64,000 nucleotides of DNA from Azolla caroliniana (taxonomy: Eukaryota > Plantae > Polypodiophyta): positions 19,964,001 through 20,028,000 of the forward strand of contig JBHGNT010000006.1 of assembly GCA_043228905.1 (NCBI GenBank), written 5' to 3'. Of this stretch, positions 20,401 to 34,580 are shown in pieces; positions within the stretch are counted from its first letter, which is position 1, and every line of letters starts with the position of its first letter. The notes beneath the pieces were generated by a model, which made no database searches, was not told the origin of the DNA, and was given only the letters and a program-made list of their open reading frames with translations. The position numbers and the translations under genes were made by a program.

Positions 20401-22751
20401 TGCGGTGGAAGAAAAAGATGAGACTATGGATGATCGGGGATGCCAAAAGTTCATAGTCGACCATATTCGCGATTGCGAGAAAGTGTTACGAAAGTTAGAA
20501 GATGTGCACCTAATGCTCTCCGGAGAGAAATCGGCATTTGAACAAGAAGAGATATGGGTAGTCAGACATCTATGTGGGTCCTACGGCCGAAGACCGCCAG
20601 TCAAGATTGATGCGATTCAAGCTATGAAAGAAATATGTGAGTCACAATCCGAAGTCCATAGATTTCTTGGCGCATGTACATCCTATCACATATGGATTCC
20701 GCACTATGCACACATTGCGGACCCACTCTATCACTTGTTGCGGAAGGGGAAGAAGTTCGAATGGAAACTGGAACATACCAAAGCCGTGAAGAAGCTCAAG
20801 AAATAACTACAGAGTGCAGAAGCACTTAAGAAGCCGAACTATGACCGACCGATTATAGTAATGGTTGATACAAGTCCAACCGGGATCGGATGGGTCATCA
20901 ATCAAGCCGATTTGGATGGTTCACGATATCCGATCCAATTCGGAGCAAAGGTTCTCAATGAAAGGCAACGTGGATATGCACAGGTTAAAAGACAATTATA
21001 GGGGGTCGTGTCGACGATAAAATCAGATCGAGATTACTTAATTGGAGCCAAAGTAGTGATCGAAACGGATTGTCTTCCGATACTCGGGATGATGCAGTTG
21101 ATACTGGATGTGGCTATGCTAAGATGGATTGCATATGTAAAGTCACTTAATCCGGAGATACAACACATCTTCGGAAAAGACAACGCGGTAGCGGATATGT
21201 TATCAAGGGCACGGTTCGGAGACGACATAATCGAATCCGATAATGAAGAAGTTTCTGAAAACTACTTTACTTTGGAGAACATATGCCGGGTGAACGTAAT
21301 CCGAGAATTCTGGGAAGAAGAATACGAGGGAGAAAGTTTGTTGATCGGGAAAGTGCTACAGGAAATCAAGGAATCATCGGACAATAAAGAAAAGAGAGCC
21401 GAGATCCAAAGTAAGAAGTGGAAAATCCAAAAAAAATTCTTGAGCAATGGATTAATCTAGGGGGAGCCAAAAAGACCGAATGATATACCACTATGGGTAG
21501 TCGGAAGAAAAGAGAAACAAAACTGGATAATGTCCGAATTTCACGAATCCGATTGGGCTGGACATTGGGGAACATGGGCAACATTTGCGAAGATCAAACA
21601 AAAATATGGGTGGAAGAATATGTACAAAGATGTAGCGGAGTTCACAGAAAGTTGTGAGAAATGTCAAATCTACTCCGGAGTTTGACACCGAGATGAATTA
21701 CATCCGACATTCTCACCGACAATCAACTTCAAATGGATGGTTGACATTGTGGCCATGCCAACCGGGATCGGACAAAAGAAGTACTTGGTGTTTGCCCGGG
21801 AAGATCTAACAAACCATGTAGAAGGATGGCCACTATAGAGGAAAATATGTTCCGTAGTATGCCAATTTCTCTTGGAAGAAGTGTTCTACAGGTACGGGTG
21901 CGTAGGACAAGTGATTGCAAATCGGGGAGAACTTGACTCTGATAAAGCTAGGGAATTCTTCGTCAGACATGGAGTACGGTTAACACTAACCACGACATAC
22001 AATCCGGAAGCCAACGGAAAAAGATCAAGTGAGGACATAGTACAATCGTTAAAGCACTTGCAAAAGCATGCAACGGAAGGGTGAATGATTGGTTGTAGAT
22101 GCTTCCGTATGCACTATGGGCGGATCGCACGACGCATAGTTCCATGACCGGTTATATGTCAGTTGAACTTATGACCGGACAAGCATCGGTAATGCCAACG
22201 GAAACCACAGTTGCAACATGGACAGTACTACCGTGGAAGGAAGAAATAAGCCGCGAAGAACTACTAGCGGTCCGAATACGACAACTAAAGGGAAGACCGG
22301 AAGACATAGGGCGGAAGCAACACGCCGACAATAGGAAGCGCGATTCCGGAACAAAAGTCGATTTGACACAAAGCATCGACTACGACCACGGAAGATTGAA
22401 GAAAGAGATTGGGTAATTGTCTATGACAGTAGTTTGGATCATCAACATACAACAATACGGAAGTTTGCTAAAAGGTGGTTTGGGCCATACGAGGTTTGGA
22501 AAGTTTTCGCCAACGGAACTTACCGACTATGCGAGTTGGATGGAACAGTACTACGGGTGCCTATAGCGGGGAAACGGGTGAAGATTTTCAAGAAGCAGAC
22601 TGACGACGAACCTTATGTAAGCTTAGACAAGACCAACAACGAGGAGCAATCGGACAAAGATCGCGGTGATGCTGAAAGCGAAGAAAGTGGACTACAATTG
22701 ATAATCGACATAAGGGGAGAATCGGAGAGTGCTACGGATAAAGGCAAATAA
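17467..22751 (+). pseudogene. gag-PR-pol pseudogene of Gypsy element A
   Basis: Fragments such as 17855-18079, 18641-18922, 19235-20806, 21008-21460 and 22434-22751 are closely similar to the intact element's proteins but carry many stops and frameshifts. Confidence 0.92.
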
Positions 22752-22780
22752 CAAGCATCAAGAACTTCGGAGAGGACGAG

Positions 22781-23308
22781 TGTCGTAGTGTAATTCGCAC
22801 ACTACGTGAAATATGTAAAAAATATATATGATTTAAGTACGCATAAATAAATAAAAGAAAATATTAAAAGTATTGTTACATGCATAGGGCAGGATTCAAA
22901 CCTTGTATCTCCATGTAAACAAACCCAAACTTTACCATTGTACTAACTTATCATAAGTGATCCAAATATAGATTTAATAAGTATAATAGTTATATTTGCG
23001 CCTATTTTTACAAAAAAGTAAATCATGCACTTTTAGAGTGCGTGAAATATTTATTTGGAAGAAAAACGCAAGCCAATTACTCATGCACATCTAGCATGCA
23101 TGAGCACTATATTTAGGAAATAAAAAAAACATGGTTGAAAAAGGCAACTCATGCACATCTAGTGTGCATGAACACTTTAGGAAAAAGCATGAGGCTATGG
23201 TTAGTCTCTTCCATCACTATATAAGGAGGAGAGAAAGATGTATATGGTTGTTGATTTTTTTATAAGGGTTGATTAATATAAAATATTCGTGGGATTCACG
23301 ATTTTGCC
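22781..23308 (+). repeat. 3' LTR of element A (3'-truncated)
   Basis: Follows the PPT, matches 774-~1302, then switches abruptly to Copia RT sequence. Confidence 0.9.
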
Positions 23309-26300
23309 GGTCTGGAGTCGGGACGGAGCTTATGGTTCCGGTCCACGGGTGTGGAGATTGGTCGGCATTCCTTCATGCCGAACTTGTACAACATAGTCAA
23401 CACATAGTGTCTTTGTGAGAGCAGTATGCCGTTAGGGGTTCGGATCACCTCGATCCCAAGGAAATAGTGAAGGTCCCCCATGTCCTTCATCTCAAATGCG
23501 TCCGACAGTTGGGACTTGACTCGGCTGATTTCATCAAGTCCGGGTCCAGTGATGACTAGATCATCAACATACAACAAGATGCAAACCGGACCGTCCGGAC
23601 CTTGTCGTATGAACAACGAAGAGTGAGACTTGGAGGCCGCAAACCCCATCTTATGCAACCGGTGCGTTGTCGTGACGATTTTCGGCTACGGTGTGAAACC
23701 GAGTGAGACGAATAAACCAAGGATGTGCAACATTGCACATACACTTAGCAAATAAACCTCCTAAGGCCTAGTGGCACTTGAGTTCATAAAGAGGAGCGCA
23801 AGTAAGGTTTGAACCTTGCACCTCTAAGATACAAGATAATTGCCTTACCACTAGGACAACTATCATATAGTGTAGATTTTATGTATTTACTTTTCATATA
23901 TGAATTATAGATGAAACAACCATTAGAAAACCATGTGCACAAAACCATGGTTCTAAACCCATGGTTTGTGCATGACATAAGCAAAACCGTGTGCACAAAA
24001 CCATGGTTTTGTGCATGTCACAAGCATGGAAAGACCTATAAAAGCCTCTAGTTGGGCTTGTGTAAGGGGGGCTCAATATGTGATATCACCAACACCATTA
24101 TCATCAATATAATTATATTTGTCTTTATCTTCTTCATATTTTTCTACTTTTCAAGTGTACAATCTTTCTTCTTCTCAAGTAAACCAATTTCATCTAATCT
24201 TACATTGATCGTCATCTCTTCGATAATTCTGCAAACAACCTCCCCAATTCAAGACCTCGGTGGTCACTCGAGTAGCACACGCACGCGCGAATCTTCGGGA
24301 CAACGTGATCTTTGCATTCCAAGCTCGGGGGGCTTGCTTGAGGCCATAAAGTGATTTCGTCAGCCGACATACCGCCAACTTGTTCATCTCTGACTGGAAA
24401 CCGAGGGGTTGGGTCATAAAGACCTCTTCTTCAAGATCACCTTGAAGAAATGCATTCTTCACATCCATCTGGTGAAGATGTCGCAACAACCGCCAGCACC
24501 ACACGAACCGTCGTCATCTTCACTACCGGAACGAAGGTCTCGTCGTAGTTGATTCCATGGGTCTGCGCGTATCCCTTCGCCATTAACCGGGCCTTGTACC
24601 GGTTAACCGAACCGTCGACATTGTACTTTACCTTGTACAACCACTTACATCCGATCAGTTTATAGTGTCAGGGAGGGTCAACTAGGTCCCATGTGTCGTT
24701 GGCATCAAGTGCCCGCATCTCTTCCTCCATAGCAGCACGCCAATTTGCGTCCTTTGCTGCTTCTGCGTACAGCTCTCTGGCTCACGCACTTCCGCCACCT
24801 TGGTCATGTACGCATAGTGATGCGCCATGTACTCATTGTAGCCGTACCGTGTCACGGGGTTCTTCAGGCGGGAAGACCAGCGTAACTTGGTATTACCCAG
24901 TTTGGGGCCCTTCTTGGCCGGTTCGAACTTCGTTCTCGAAGATTCACCTTCACCCTTTCCGGAGTCGGATTTGCTCCGATCCGACTCAACGTTGTCGGTT
25001 TCGTATTCCGGCATCTTCTTCTTCCCCTTCTCTTTGCGTTGAACCGTCTCCTCGGTTCCTTGCGCGGGGAGAGCACGACAGAGTCTCCACTACTCGCCGG
25101 TTCCTCATCCGACTGGTCATCCCGACTCAACCGCTCATTTGGTCCACTCAACCGAAATGATTCTGGACTGTCATCTAGAGTCTTGAACCCTTCGTCTTCT
25201 AACTGGACCGGTTCAGGCTCACTAGCTTCATCCTCCGGTATCGGGTTGGGGTCGGAAGTCGGAGCCGGTAAGGCATACCATGATGTTGTCTCATCAAACT
25301 CAACATCCTGGCTAACTCGGACCTGCTTCGTCCAGGGGTTATAACACTTATATACCCCTTTTACTCATGCGAGTAACCGACTAAGATGCATTTCTCCGAC
25401 TTTGCCTCCAACTTCCTCCGCTTTTCATCCGGCACATGCACATATGCAATGCTACCGAATATCCGAAGGTGTCTCAAATTCGACTTGTGCCCGAAATACA
25501 ACTCATGCGCGGACACCTTGTCACCGATACGGTTTTGGATGTAGACGGCCGTCCGAACCGCCTCAGCCCAGTAGAATTTGGGCATGCTTTTCTCCTCCAA
25601 CATCGCCCTTGCCACATCGATAAGTGACCGGTTCTTCCTCTCGGTCACACCGTTCTATTCTGGTGTGTATCTGCAACTGAACTCTCGCTGAATTCCTTTT
25701 TACTACAGATAACTGTTGAATTGGCGGAAAAATATTCTTTTCCGCCATCCGACCACAGGCACTTGATCTACCTCTCCATTTCCCGTTCAACCAAGTTTTG
25801 GAGTTTCCGGAAACACTTGAATACTTCGCTCTTTCGCTCAATGAGGTAGATCCATGTGTGCCGGTTGTAGTTGTCGATGAAGGAGACGAAATATCGACTC
25901 TCGCCAAGCCTCACGTTCTGTGCCAGTCCCCATACATCCGAATGAATAAGGTCAAGCTTGTTACGGCTACGGTTTCGTTCGGTGGGAAATGGAAGTCGGT
26001 GTTGCTTCCCGAGTTGGAAAACTTCACATACTTGGGCCTTCTGGCCACTAAACTTCAGCAAACCGAAAACAACTTGTTTGGTTTGCAAGTCTTGAAGCCT
26101 CCGGTAATTGACGTGGCCAATCCGCTTGTGCCAGAGATCAATATCTGATTCAATCTTCTGTCCTTTGGCGAACAAAGCGGTGCCGACATCATTGGTGTCG
26201 AGGATAAACATCCTCCCGTATCTACGCCCGTGCGCAATAATTTGGCCCTCTTCCTCGATGAAGCACATGAGGTGTGTAAACCACACCTGCATCCCCTGGT

Positions 26301-28019
26301 CGACAATCTGTCCAACCGACACCAAGCTCTTCATGATGGTCGGAACGTATAATACGTTCATCAGCTTCCCCCTCTGTCCAACGTGGCTCAAAGGGACTTC
26401 TCCGACATGCACGATTGGGTGTGGAGTGTCGTCTCCGGTTTCAACAACTCCTGGTTGTTTCGGTTTCTCTAAGAAAGAGAAACACTCTTCATGGCTCGTC
26501 ATGGGATTCGACGCACCGGAATCAACGTACCACACTTCCTCCGATTTTGGAAGTGGTCTTCTTCATCCAGTTAGCCTCGTGTTTCATCACCAAGGTTGGC
26601 CCTTTACCGGCTTTTCCGGTTTTGGATCCTCCTGATCCTTCTGCGTAGTGCGAGTATTGCCGGTTCTCTTTGTCGGCCTTGCCGGATTCGGATCTATCCG
26701 AATCAGCGCGCTTCTTCCAGCACTCACTTTCTCTGTGGCCCTTTTTACCACAGTACCAACATTCTGTATCGGCCTTTGCTTGCTGGTCTCCAGCACCGCC
26801 TTGACTCCCCCTTTTTGTGGAAGGTCCAGAAGTGATGTCGGCACTTTCTCTGTGCCTTCGGTCATTCTCTTGCCAACCGCTACCATTGCGAGCCGACCCG
26901 CCTCGTCCACCACGCCCACAGGGCCGATCAGCCTCCATGTACAGCATTCGATTGTCGGTGGGTGCACTTGTTGAAGCACCGGCGTGGTTCTCCTCTACAA
27001 GGAGCCTCGATTGTAAGTCGAAAAATTACAACGTATTCTCCCTTGTACATACAGCCGTTCGGAACGCTCTGAACTTAAACGCTAGGCCCCCAAGACATAT
27101 TTGCACCATCTCATCTTCGTCTACGATGACGTTGATAGAGGCAAGTGAGTCATAGATTTCTTTGATTCGGGCCGTGTAATCGGCTACTGACATGTCCTTC
27201 TTTCGGACATTGCTCAACTCCTGTCGGAGTTGTAGCTTCCGGGCCATAGTGCTTGCTGCGAAAACCTTCTTCAGGTTTCCCCAAGCTTCTTTTGGCGTCT
27301 TGGCATCTCAGACATGGCTCAACAGCTGGTCACTGACACTGGACGCAAAGCAGTACATCACTCTGCTTTCCGCTTGTTCCCACATTGGGAAGTCCTTGTG
27401 TGCCGCATCAGGTGTTGTGTCATTAGCTCTGTTGACATAGCTCCAATAACCATGCCCAAGCAGGTACTGGTGCATCTTGTATGACCAAGATGCATAGTTG
27501 GATCTGTCGAGCTTCTCCACCGGGAGGGAACTAGCCATTCCTCTGTCCATTACTCCTCTTCCTGTTCTTACCGGGTCTTAGGGTTTGTCTTCAGATGTTG
27601 ATGTCAGCTGCAGAGATTCTCAACCCTCACGCTCTAATACCATGTAAAGAATAGCGTGCGGAAGCGTCAGACAAACCGGCCTTGCCGGATAGCAACAGAG
27701 AGAGAGAGAGCAGAACGTCAAAATCTATTACAAAACAATAATAGTTCTCTGTACATAAAACGTGCTCAACAGCACTATTTATACAAGTCCTAAAGAGAAC
27801 TGACAGAAGTACCGCGTACTTCAATGCTCACTCGAGCGTCTGACACTAACTACGAGACTATTAACTACCTAGTAGTCTAGGCTACTACTAGGCTTCTAGT
27901 AGCCATTTGATCCAGCTAACCGGCTCACCGGCTCGCCGATCCGTCTTCATCCTTCCGGATGTCGATCCGGCTCAAGCTTATTAAGCCGATCCGGATCCAG
28001 TTCAGCTTGCCGCACAACA
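23309..28019 (-). mobile_element. Ty1/Copia element 1, decayed, 3' end (RNase H and 3' LTR) missing
   Basis: 5' LTR 27643-28019 and PBS TGGTATTAGAGC (tRNA-iMet type) 27631-27642. gag KLDRSNYASW and CWYCGKKGHRESEC; PR WYVDSGAS; GAG-pre-integrase LWHKRIGH; IN; [13 protein letters not shown] and LYVDDL. Confidence 0.92.
23668..24302 (+). mobile_element. Solo Gypsy-type LTR (family D) inserted in the Copia 1 RT
   Basis: TGTCGTG...GGGACA termini with flanks GCGT/ACGT. Removing it restores RT WNAKIT-x-RLHKMGF. TATA-like CCTATAAAAG at ~24036. Confidence 0.85.
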
Positions 28020-29828
28020 ACCCCCAGCTCACAACGATCCCCTCTCTGTAGGTCTTGCCCTCTCTGTCCACGACCTACAGGGCGGTGGCCGTCACAGCCC
28101 CCTAGCCCCCACAATTCATAGTGTACCAAACATCGCCACTATTGAACATGCACCTCCCACAAGCCCCTCGTTTGCTAAAGAGACAATGCAAGATAAATAC
28201 AACCCAGGTAGTGAGAGCCTGTTGAGATTAGGTTCACTCACAAAGAAATGTTATTATTAGAGTAGGAGATAGATCATCTTGAGCGAATAGCGGTGATATG
28301 CTGAGTGGTGGGCTCCCGCCCAAATAGAGGCTTACTACGAGATATGTTGCAAGGCAAGTACCATGCACAAGTAGATGGAATAAAGGACGTCCAACTGCTT
28401 GGTAAAGGTTTCTATCAAATCGTCCTAGAGGACAAGGATGCCGCAGCGAAACACATGGTTGTTCATGAGTAAGTGGACACATGGTTTTAACCCAGAGAAG
28501 GTTGTGCAACACAATGACGCCATGAAAAAAGTAACAATGGTGTTTCTTGGTTTTTACCTTAGAATACAACATGTTACTTCCTACTATTGGAAACTCCTTT
28601 GGTATGATGTTGGACAAGGACCTAATGCTAGCGGACAGGCTAAAGAAGCAACTAGGCCCTCCCTCTATACGCCTTTTGGTGTCGGACATCGACAAACTTC
28701 CTTCCAAGATCCTCATTCTTGGAAAAAATGGTATGCGGTTTGAACAACGCATAAAAGTGATCGGTGCACCGGGGCAATGTTTTGCATGCAAAAAATTTGG
28801 CCATTTAAAAAAGAATTACCCCACGAGAGGCACTAAAGATCCCCCCAAGGAGACCCGAGAAGGTCATGGCACCATAGGCCATGAGAAGCCCCTCCCACCA
28901 CGACCGGATAAGGTTGTGATGGAATGGCGAGTGGTGGGCAACACCCATGTCCACCGCAAAACTCCACAAGCACAAAATCCTCCATCGCCTTTGAGCCCCA
29001 ATCGATTTGATCTACTACAAGAAGTCCCCCCCACAGATGAACACTCCCCTAGTTCTTTCTTAAGCCCTAAGGAACGGCCTAAGGTGACACCAAGCACACA
29101 TGAGAAAATTCTTGTTAAAGCTTACAAAACAGGAAAGCAACGAAGGATAAGTCATGTTAAGACCTTAATGAGGAGTTTGCGCAGAACTACACCCAATGGA
29201 GAAGCAACAAATCAAGGCAGAAGTTTGAACATCACGCCTAAAATCATAGTCTTCCCAAACACAAATGAATGTGATACCTCTAGTCAAGACCTTGAACGAC
29301 ACCCACAAAACGCCTTGAAATGGTTAGGTATCGGGCATAAGACAATGGAAAAAATAAGGGTACATGTATCGGCAATACACAATAATGGAGTACCAATGAC
29401 CTCAATATCCTTTCCACTCTTGCTACCTTCACAAGAAGACTAGTCCAAATCCAAGATTAACGATACTCTATGTAGCCAAGCAACATGTTTTGTAACAAAA
29501 ATAAGAGACGAAGACCTCATGAATGAACTAAAAAGGCATTGGAATAACACTGAATTCTGGTGCACCATGGATCAAGAGGAACCTCATCTTTGCCACATCC
29601 ACCTAAGGACTATTATAGACACCCATCTAACACCAGGTTTTTTCTATTTCTATGAGAAGCAGGAAGGGGTGATTGAAGCTCACCGGATAGCCCACAAACT
29701 CCACTCATGGATTTGGGCCATCATCCCATCAGTGAAAATGACTGGATGTCTAAATGGTGAGTGCTCTCCACTCACGACCTGTTTGTTGGGAGACAGGTCC
29801 CTCCGGATGGGAAGAGAGAAGAACAAAA

Positions 29829-30041
29829 CCGGATGAAGAGTACCCGGCTACGGAGAGCTGGATGGTGCAGACCCGGTGAGATCCGGATGAGGAGTACCCG
29901 GCTACGAAGAGCCGGATGGTGCAGACCCGGTGAGATCCGGATGAGGAGTACCCGGCTACGGAGAGCCGGATGGTGCAGACCCGGTGAGATCCGGATGAGG
30001 AGTACCCGGCTACGGAGAGCCAGATGGTGCAGACCCGGTGA
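29829..30041 (+). repeat. 54-bp tandem repeat x4 in U3 of the Copia 2 LTR (also ~34637-34848)
   Basis: Unit CCGGATGAGGAGTACCCGGCTACGGAGAGCCGGATGGTGCAGACCCGGTGAGAT. Confidence 0.92.
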
Positions 30042-30535
30042 GGAATGCTCACCGGACGAAGAGACATATTCGTAAATATGTTTCTGAGAGCCCATCGAGG
30101 CTATATTTGTAAATAGCCGAAAAGTCATATTAGTATAAATATGACTTAGGGCAAACTTATAGTAGTTGTTGTTATTCTTGTTTGTGCAAGAATAGAGTGA
30201 GCGCGTAACAGTGTACAGAGAGAGAGAGAGCAAGAGGTCGTTGCCTCTGTTGTAACCGCCGCCTGTGGCGAGGATCGTGAGCACGAGGTCGTTGCCTCCG
30301 TGAACTCACTGTTGTACATTCTAGCATAGTGATAGTTTGCAGCCTGTGGGCTGCCATGGTTTTTTTTTTCCCTCCTTGGGTTTTCCACGTAAACATCCCG
30401 TGTACTCCTCCTCTTTGTGTCGTGCTTTCATTTCCCGTTTTCTGTGCATGAATCTAAGCTCGGTTGTGGCCGAGCGTTGCGTATAAGGAGCGTTGAGTTC
30501 CTGACAAGTGGTATCAGAGCGAAACGACACAAAAA

Positions 30536-33500
30536 ATGGACGAATCGTTTGGTGGCATGTTCAAGCTCACCGGCTCCAACTATTCAGTGTGGAAGTCGAA
30601 GATGAGGGACATGCTCGTGGTTAAAGACCTCTGGCTCCCGGTTCAGTTCAGGGACAAGAGACCGGACAAAATCGACGCTGCGATATGGGAGGTGATGCAC
30701 ATGAAGACAATGGTGTACATACGGTGCTTCATCGACATGAGCATGTACAACAACTTCAATGAAGAGAGCAAGGCTCATGAGCTCTGGGAGAAGATCGACA
30801 TAATGTTTCAAAACAAAAATGTTGTTAATCGGGTTTCGGTATTCCGGAAGCTAGTAAGACTCTGGTACCAAGATGGCTCTAGCATGGCAGAGCACATGAA
30901 TGCCTTCCAAGGGTTGATACACCAGGCAACATCATTGGAAGTACCTCTCGCCGACGAGGTACTAGCGCTACTCCTGCTCGGTTCCCTCCCAGATAGCTGG
31001 GAGACGTTGGTTGTCACTTTGGGCAACGCCGGGCCGGAAGGAAAGCAGTTATCCCTAGCAAGAGTAAAGTCGAGCTTGCTGTATGAGGAGGCGCATTGGA
31101 AAGATAAGGATACGAGCTCCGACTCCAAAGCGCTCCTTACCGAATCAGAACGCGGAAGACATAGAAACCGTAGTCCCCAGAACCGGGAGAAGTCGTGGAC
31201 ACGGTCAAAGTCAAGGGGGAGGCCTACTTGCTTCTATTGCGGCAAGTTGGGACACTTCCAGAAGAACTGTCGGCACTTCCGTAAAGAAAAGGAAACCGAC
31301 GGCACCGATTCGAAGCGGACACCGGACTGGAACAGTAAAGACCGTAGGGGACCGGACCGGAAGGGAATGACGGCAATCGCGGCAAGTGAAGAGGAGTTGA
31401 TGCTCATCACCGAGGAGAGTGAGATAAACCTTGCCGGCGACGAGTTTACCCGGGTGGTAGACTCCGGAGCGTCGTTCCACCTTACCCCAGACCGGAAATG
31501 CTTCTCATCCTACTCAGTCGGTGATCACGGCTGTGTCCGGATGGGGAATGAAGGTACATGCCGAATTGTCGGCATAGGAGACATGTGGCTGTTGACACCA
31601 ACCGGATGCAAGCTGTTGTTGAGGGATTTCCGACACGTTCCGGAGGTTCGACTGAACCTGATATCAACCGATCGGCTAGATGATGAGGGCTACACGGGTA
31701 GCATCCGGAACAGTGTCATGAAGTTCAGCAAAGGGAGCTTGATTGTGGCTCGGGCCCGGAAGGTAAACACATTGTACCTGATGAATGCCCGGTTATGTCC
31801 GAAAGAAGTGAACGTGGCATCTGACACTGCCGATGAGCTGTGGCACAAGTGACTGTGTCATATGAGCGAGAAGGGGATGAAGAGGCTTGCAGACGACAAC
31901 CTCATTCCAGTGAAGAACGTGCACTTAGAAAAGTGCACTGATTGTCTGGCCGGTAAGCAGAACCAGACCTCCTTCCGACCAAGGCCACCGATGAGATGTA
32001 ATGCACCACTAGAGTTGGTGCATACTGATGTGTGTCAAGTAGACACGAAGTCACATGCCGGAGCGCAGTACTTCGTGACGTTCATAGATGACCACAGCCG
32101 GAAGCTGTGGGCCACACCGTTGAAGACGAAGGATCATGTGTTGTCCGTCTTCAAAGAGCTCCACGCGAGAGTGGAAAGAGAAACCGGCCGGAAGCTGAAG
32201 GCGGTTCGAGCGGATAACGGAGGAGAGTACCGGGGGCAGTTCGAGGAGTACTACCGCTCGAAGGGAATCCGGCTCGAATTTACCGTGCCGAAGACGCCGA
32301 AACTAAACGGACTGGCCGAGAGGATGAACCGGACCATAATGGAGAGGGTCCGGAGTATGCTAGCGCATGCAAAACTACCCAAGAAGTTTTGGGCTGAGGC
32401 ACTATCGACGACGACATACGTGATAAATAGATCACCCTCAGTACCCTTGGACGGAGACACGCCACAGAGAGTGTGGACCGGTAAGGAAGTATCCTACCGG
32501 TATCTGAAGGTGTTCGGATGTCTCGCGTACGTGCATGTAGCTAAGGACCGGAGAGGAAAGTTAGATCCAAAGACCCGGCAATGCATATTCCTCGGTTACG
32601 GTGACGATGAGTTCAGCTACCGAGTGTGGGACCTGGTCGACAAGAAGATATTCCGGAGTCGAGATATTATCTTCATGGAGGACAAAACGCTCGCCGACTG
32701 GGAGTCGGAGAAGAAGATAATGAACTCCGAGTCGACCGGTAAGGATCGACTCTACGATGAACAGTCCCAACCGGCAAGAGACCGGTTAGCACTCGAGGAA
32801 CCAGCCGGTTACAGTGAGGATACCGAACCGGCAGAAGAAGAAGTAGAGGAAGCTGAAACCGGAATCGGCCAAGACCCTGAATCGGATTCGGATGAAGAGC
32901 AAATGGAGGAGCCGGTTACCGAAGCCCGAAGACGGAGATATCCTCACAGAGAGAGAAGGGCGCCCCGGAGATTTCCGGATGCAGAGCATGTTCTGCTGAC
33001 CGATGAGGGGGAGCCGGAAAGCTTCGAAGAAGCGAAGGAAGACACCCACAGCCGAAAATGGTTAAGTGCCATGCAGGATGAGATGGATTCCCTGCATGAG
33101 AACCATACGTACGAATTGGTGGAGTTGCCGAAAGGAAAGCGGGTACTCCGAAACAAGTGGGTGTACAGGTTGAAACCAGGAGATGCCGGCAACCCCCGAG
33201 ATACAAAGCCAGGATCGTGGTGAAGGGGTTCCAGCAGAAGAAGGGCGTGGACTTCGACGAGATATTTGCCCCGGTAGTAAAGATGACCTCCATCCGGACG
33301 GTGCTGAGTATAGCGGCAAGCATGGACCTGAGGTAGAGCAGCTAGACGTGAAGACGACATTCCTTAACGGTGACCTCAAAGAAGAGATCTACATGCAGCA
33401 ACCGGAAGGATTCGTGGAGAAAGGGAAGGAGCACCTGGTTTGCCAGTTGAAGAAGAGCCTCTACGGGTTGAAGCAGGCCCCCCGACAATGGTACCGGAAG

Positions 33501-34580
33501 TTTGATTCCTTCATGACCAATCAAGGGTACCACAAGATGCAGGCCGATCACTGCGTGTTTGTGAAGAAGTTTGAAGGAGGTGACTTCCTGATACTCCTTC
33601 TGTACATGGACGACATGTTTATCGTCGGACGGGACCAAGTCAAAATACGGATGCTGAAGAAGGCTCTCAACCGGACCTTCTCAATGAAAGACTTGGGTCC
33701 GGCAAGACAGATGCTGGGGATGCATATTATCCGGAACCGGTCAGCGAAGCAATTATGGTTGTCACAAGAGAAGTACGTGACAAAGGTGCTTCACCGGTTC
33801 AACATGTCAGATGCGAAACCGGTCGGATCGACACTTCCGACAAACTGCAGGTTATCCGGTAAGCAAAGCTCGAAGACGAAAGCAGAGAAGGCGGATATGA
33901 TGAAGATTCCATATGCCTCTGCCGTCGGGAGCTTAATGTACGCAATGGTTTGTACCCGACCGGATATAGGATACGTAGTCGAAGTGGTTAGCCGGTTCAT
34001 GAGCAATCCCGGCAAGGAGCACTGGAACGCGGTCAAATGGATACTCCGGTATTTGAAGGGCACTTCAAATATGTGTCTCCGATTCGGCTCCGGAAAACCT
34101 CAACTTGACGGTTTTACCGATTCGGACATGTCGGCTGATGTGGATACCAGCCGGTCTACATCCGGGTATGTAATGACATATGCAGGGGGAGTTGTTTCGT
34201 GGCAGTCGAGGCTGCAGAAGACGATTGCGTTGTCAACCACAGAGGCGGAGTACATGGCGGCTGTGGAAGCCGGCAAGGAAATCTTATGGATGAAGGACTT
34301 CATCGGAGAGCTCGGTATCCGGCAAGATGAATACCGGCTCTATTGCGACAGTCAAAGTGTCATCCACCTTGCTAAGAATGCAGCCTACCATTCCCGGACG
34401 AAGCATATCCAGTGAAGATATCACTAGATCCGGGAAAGAGTAGATGACCAGGAGTTCGCACTAACGAAGATCCACACGGCCGAGAACGGGTCAGATATGC
34501 TGACCAAAGTGCTGATACCCGACAAGCTAGATGCATGCTGGAAGAGGATCGGTCTAGTAAGACACCCCATGCCGGAGTGA
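30536..34580 (+). pseudogene. Copia 2 gag-PR-IN-RT-RNase H polyprotein with a few stops and frameshifts
   Basis: ORFs 30536-31852, 31862-33223 and 33183-34415: [59 protein letters not shown]. Confidence 0.92.

Larger units (their letters stand above)
774..23308 (+). mobile_element. Gypsy element A (tRNA-Trp-primed, non-chromovirus), decayed, interrupted at 1658-17462, 3' LTR truncated
   Basis: 5' LTR 774-1489 (TGTCGTAG...GGCATGACA) and PBS TGGTGAACCCGAC at ~1494. gag breaks at QFNG (1657) and resumes at KDVSRYL (~17467). Degraded gag-PR-RT-RH-IN runs to ~22750, then PPT GGAGAGGACGAG and 3' LTR 22781-23308. Confidence 0.9.
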
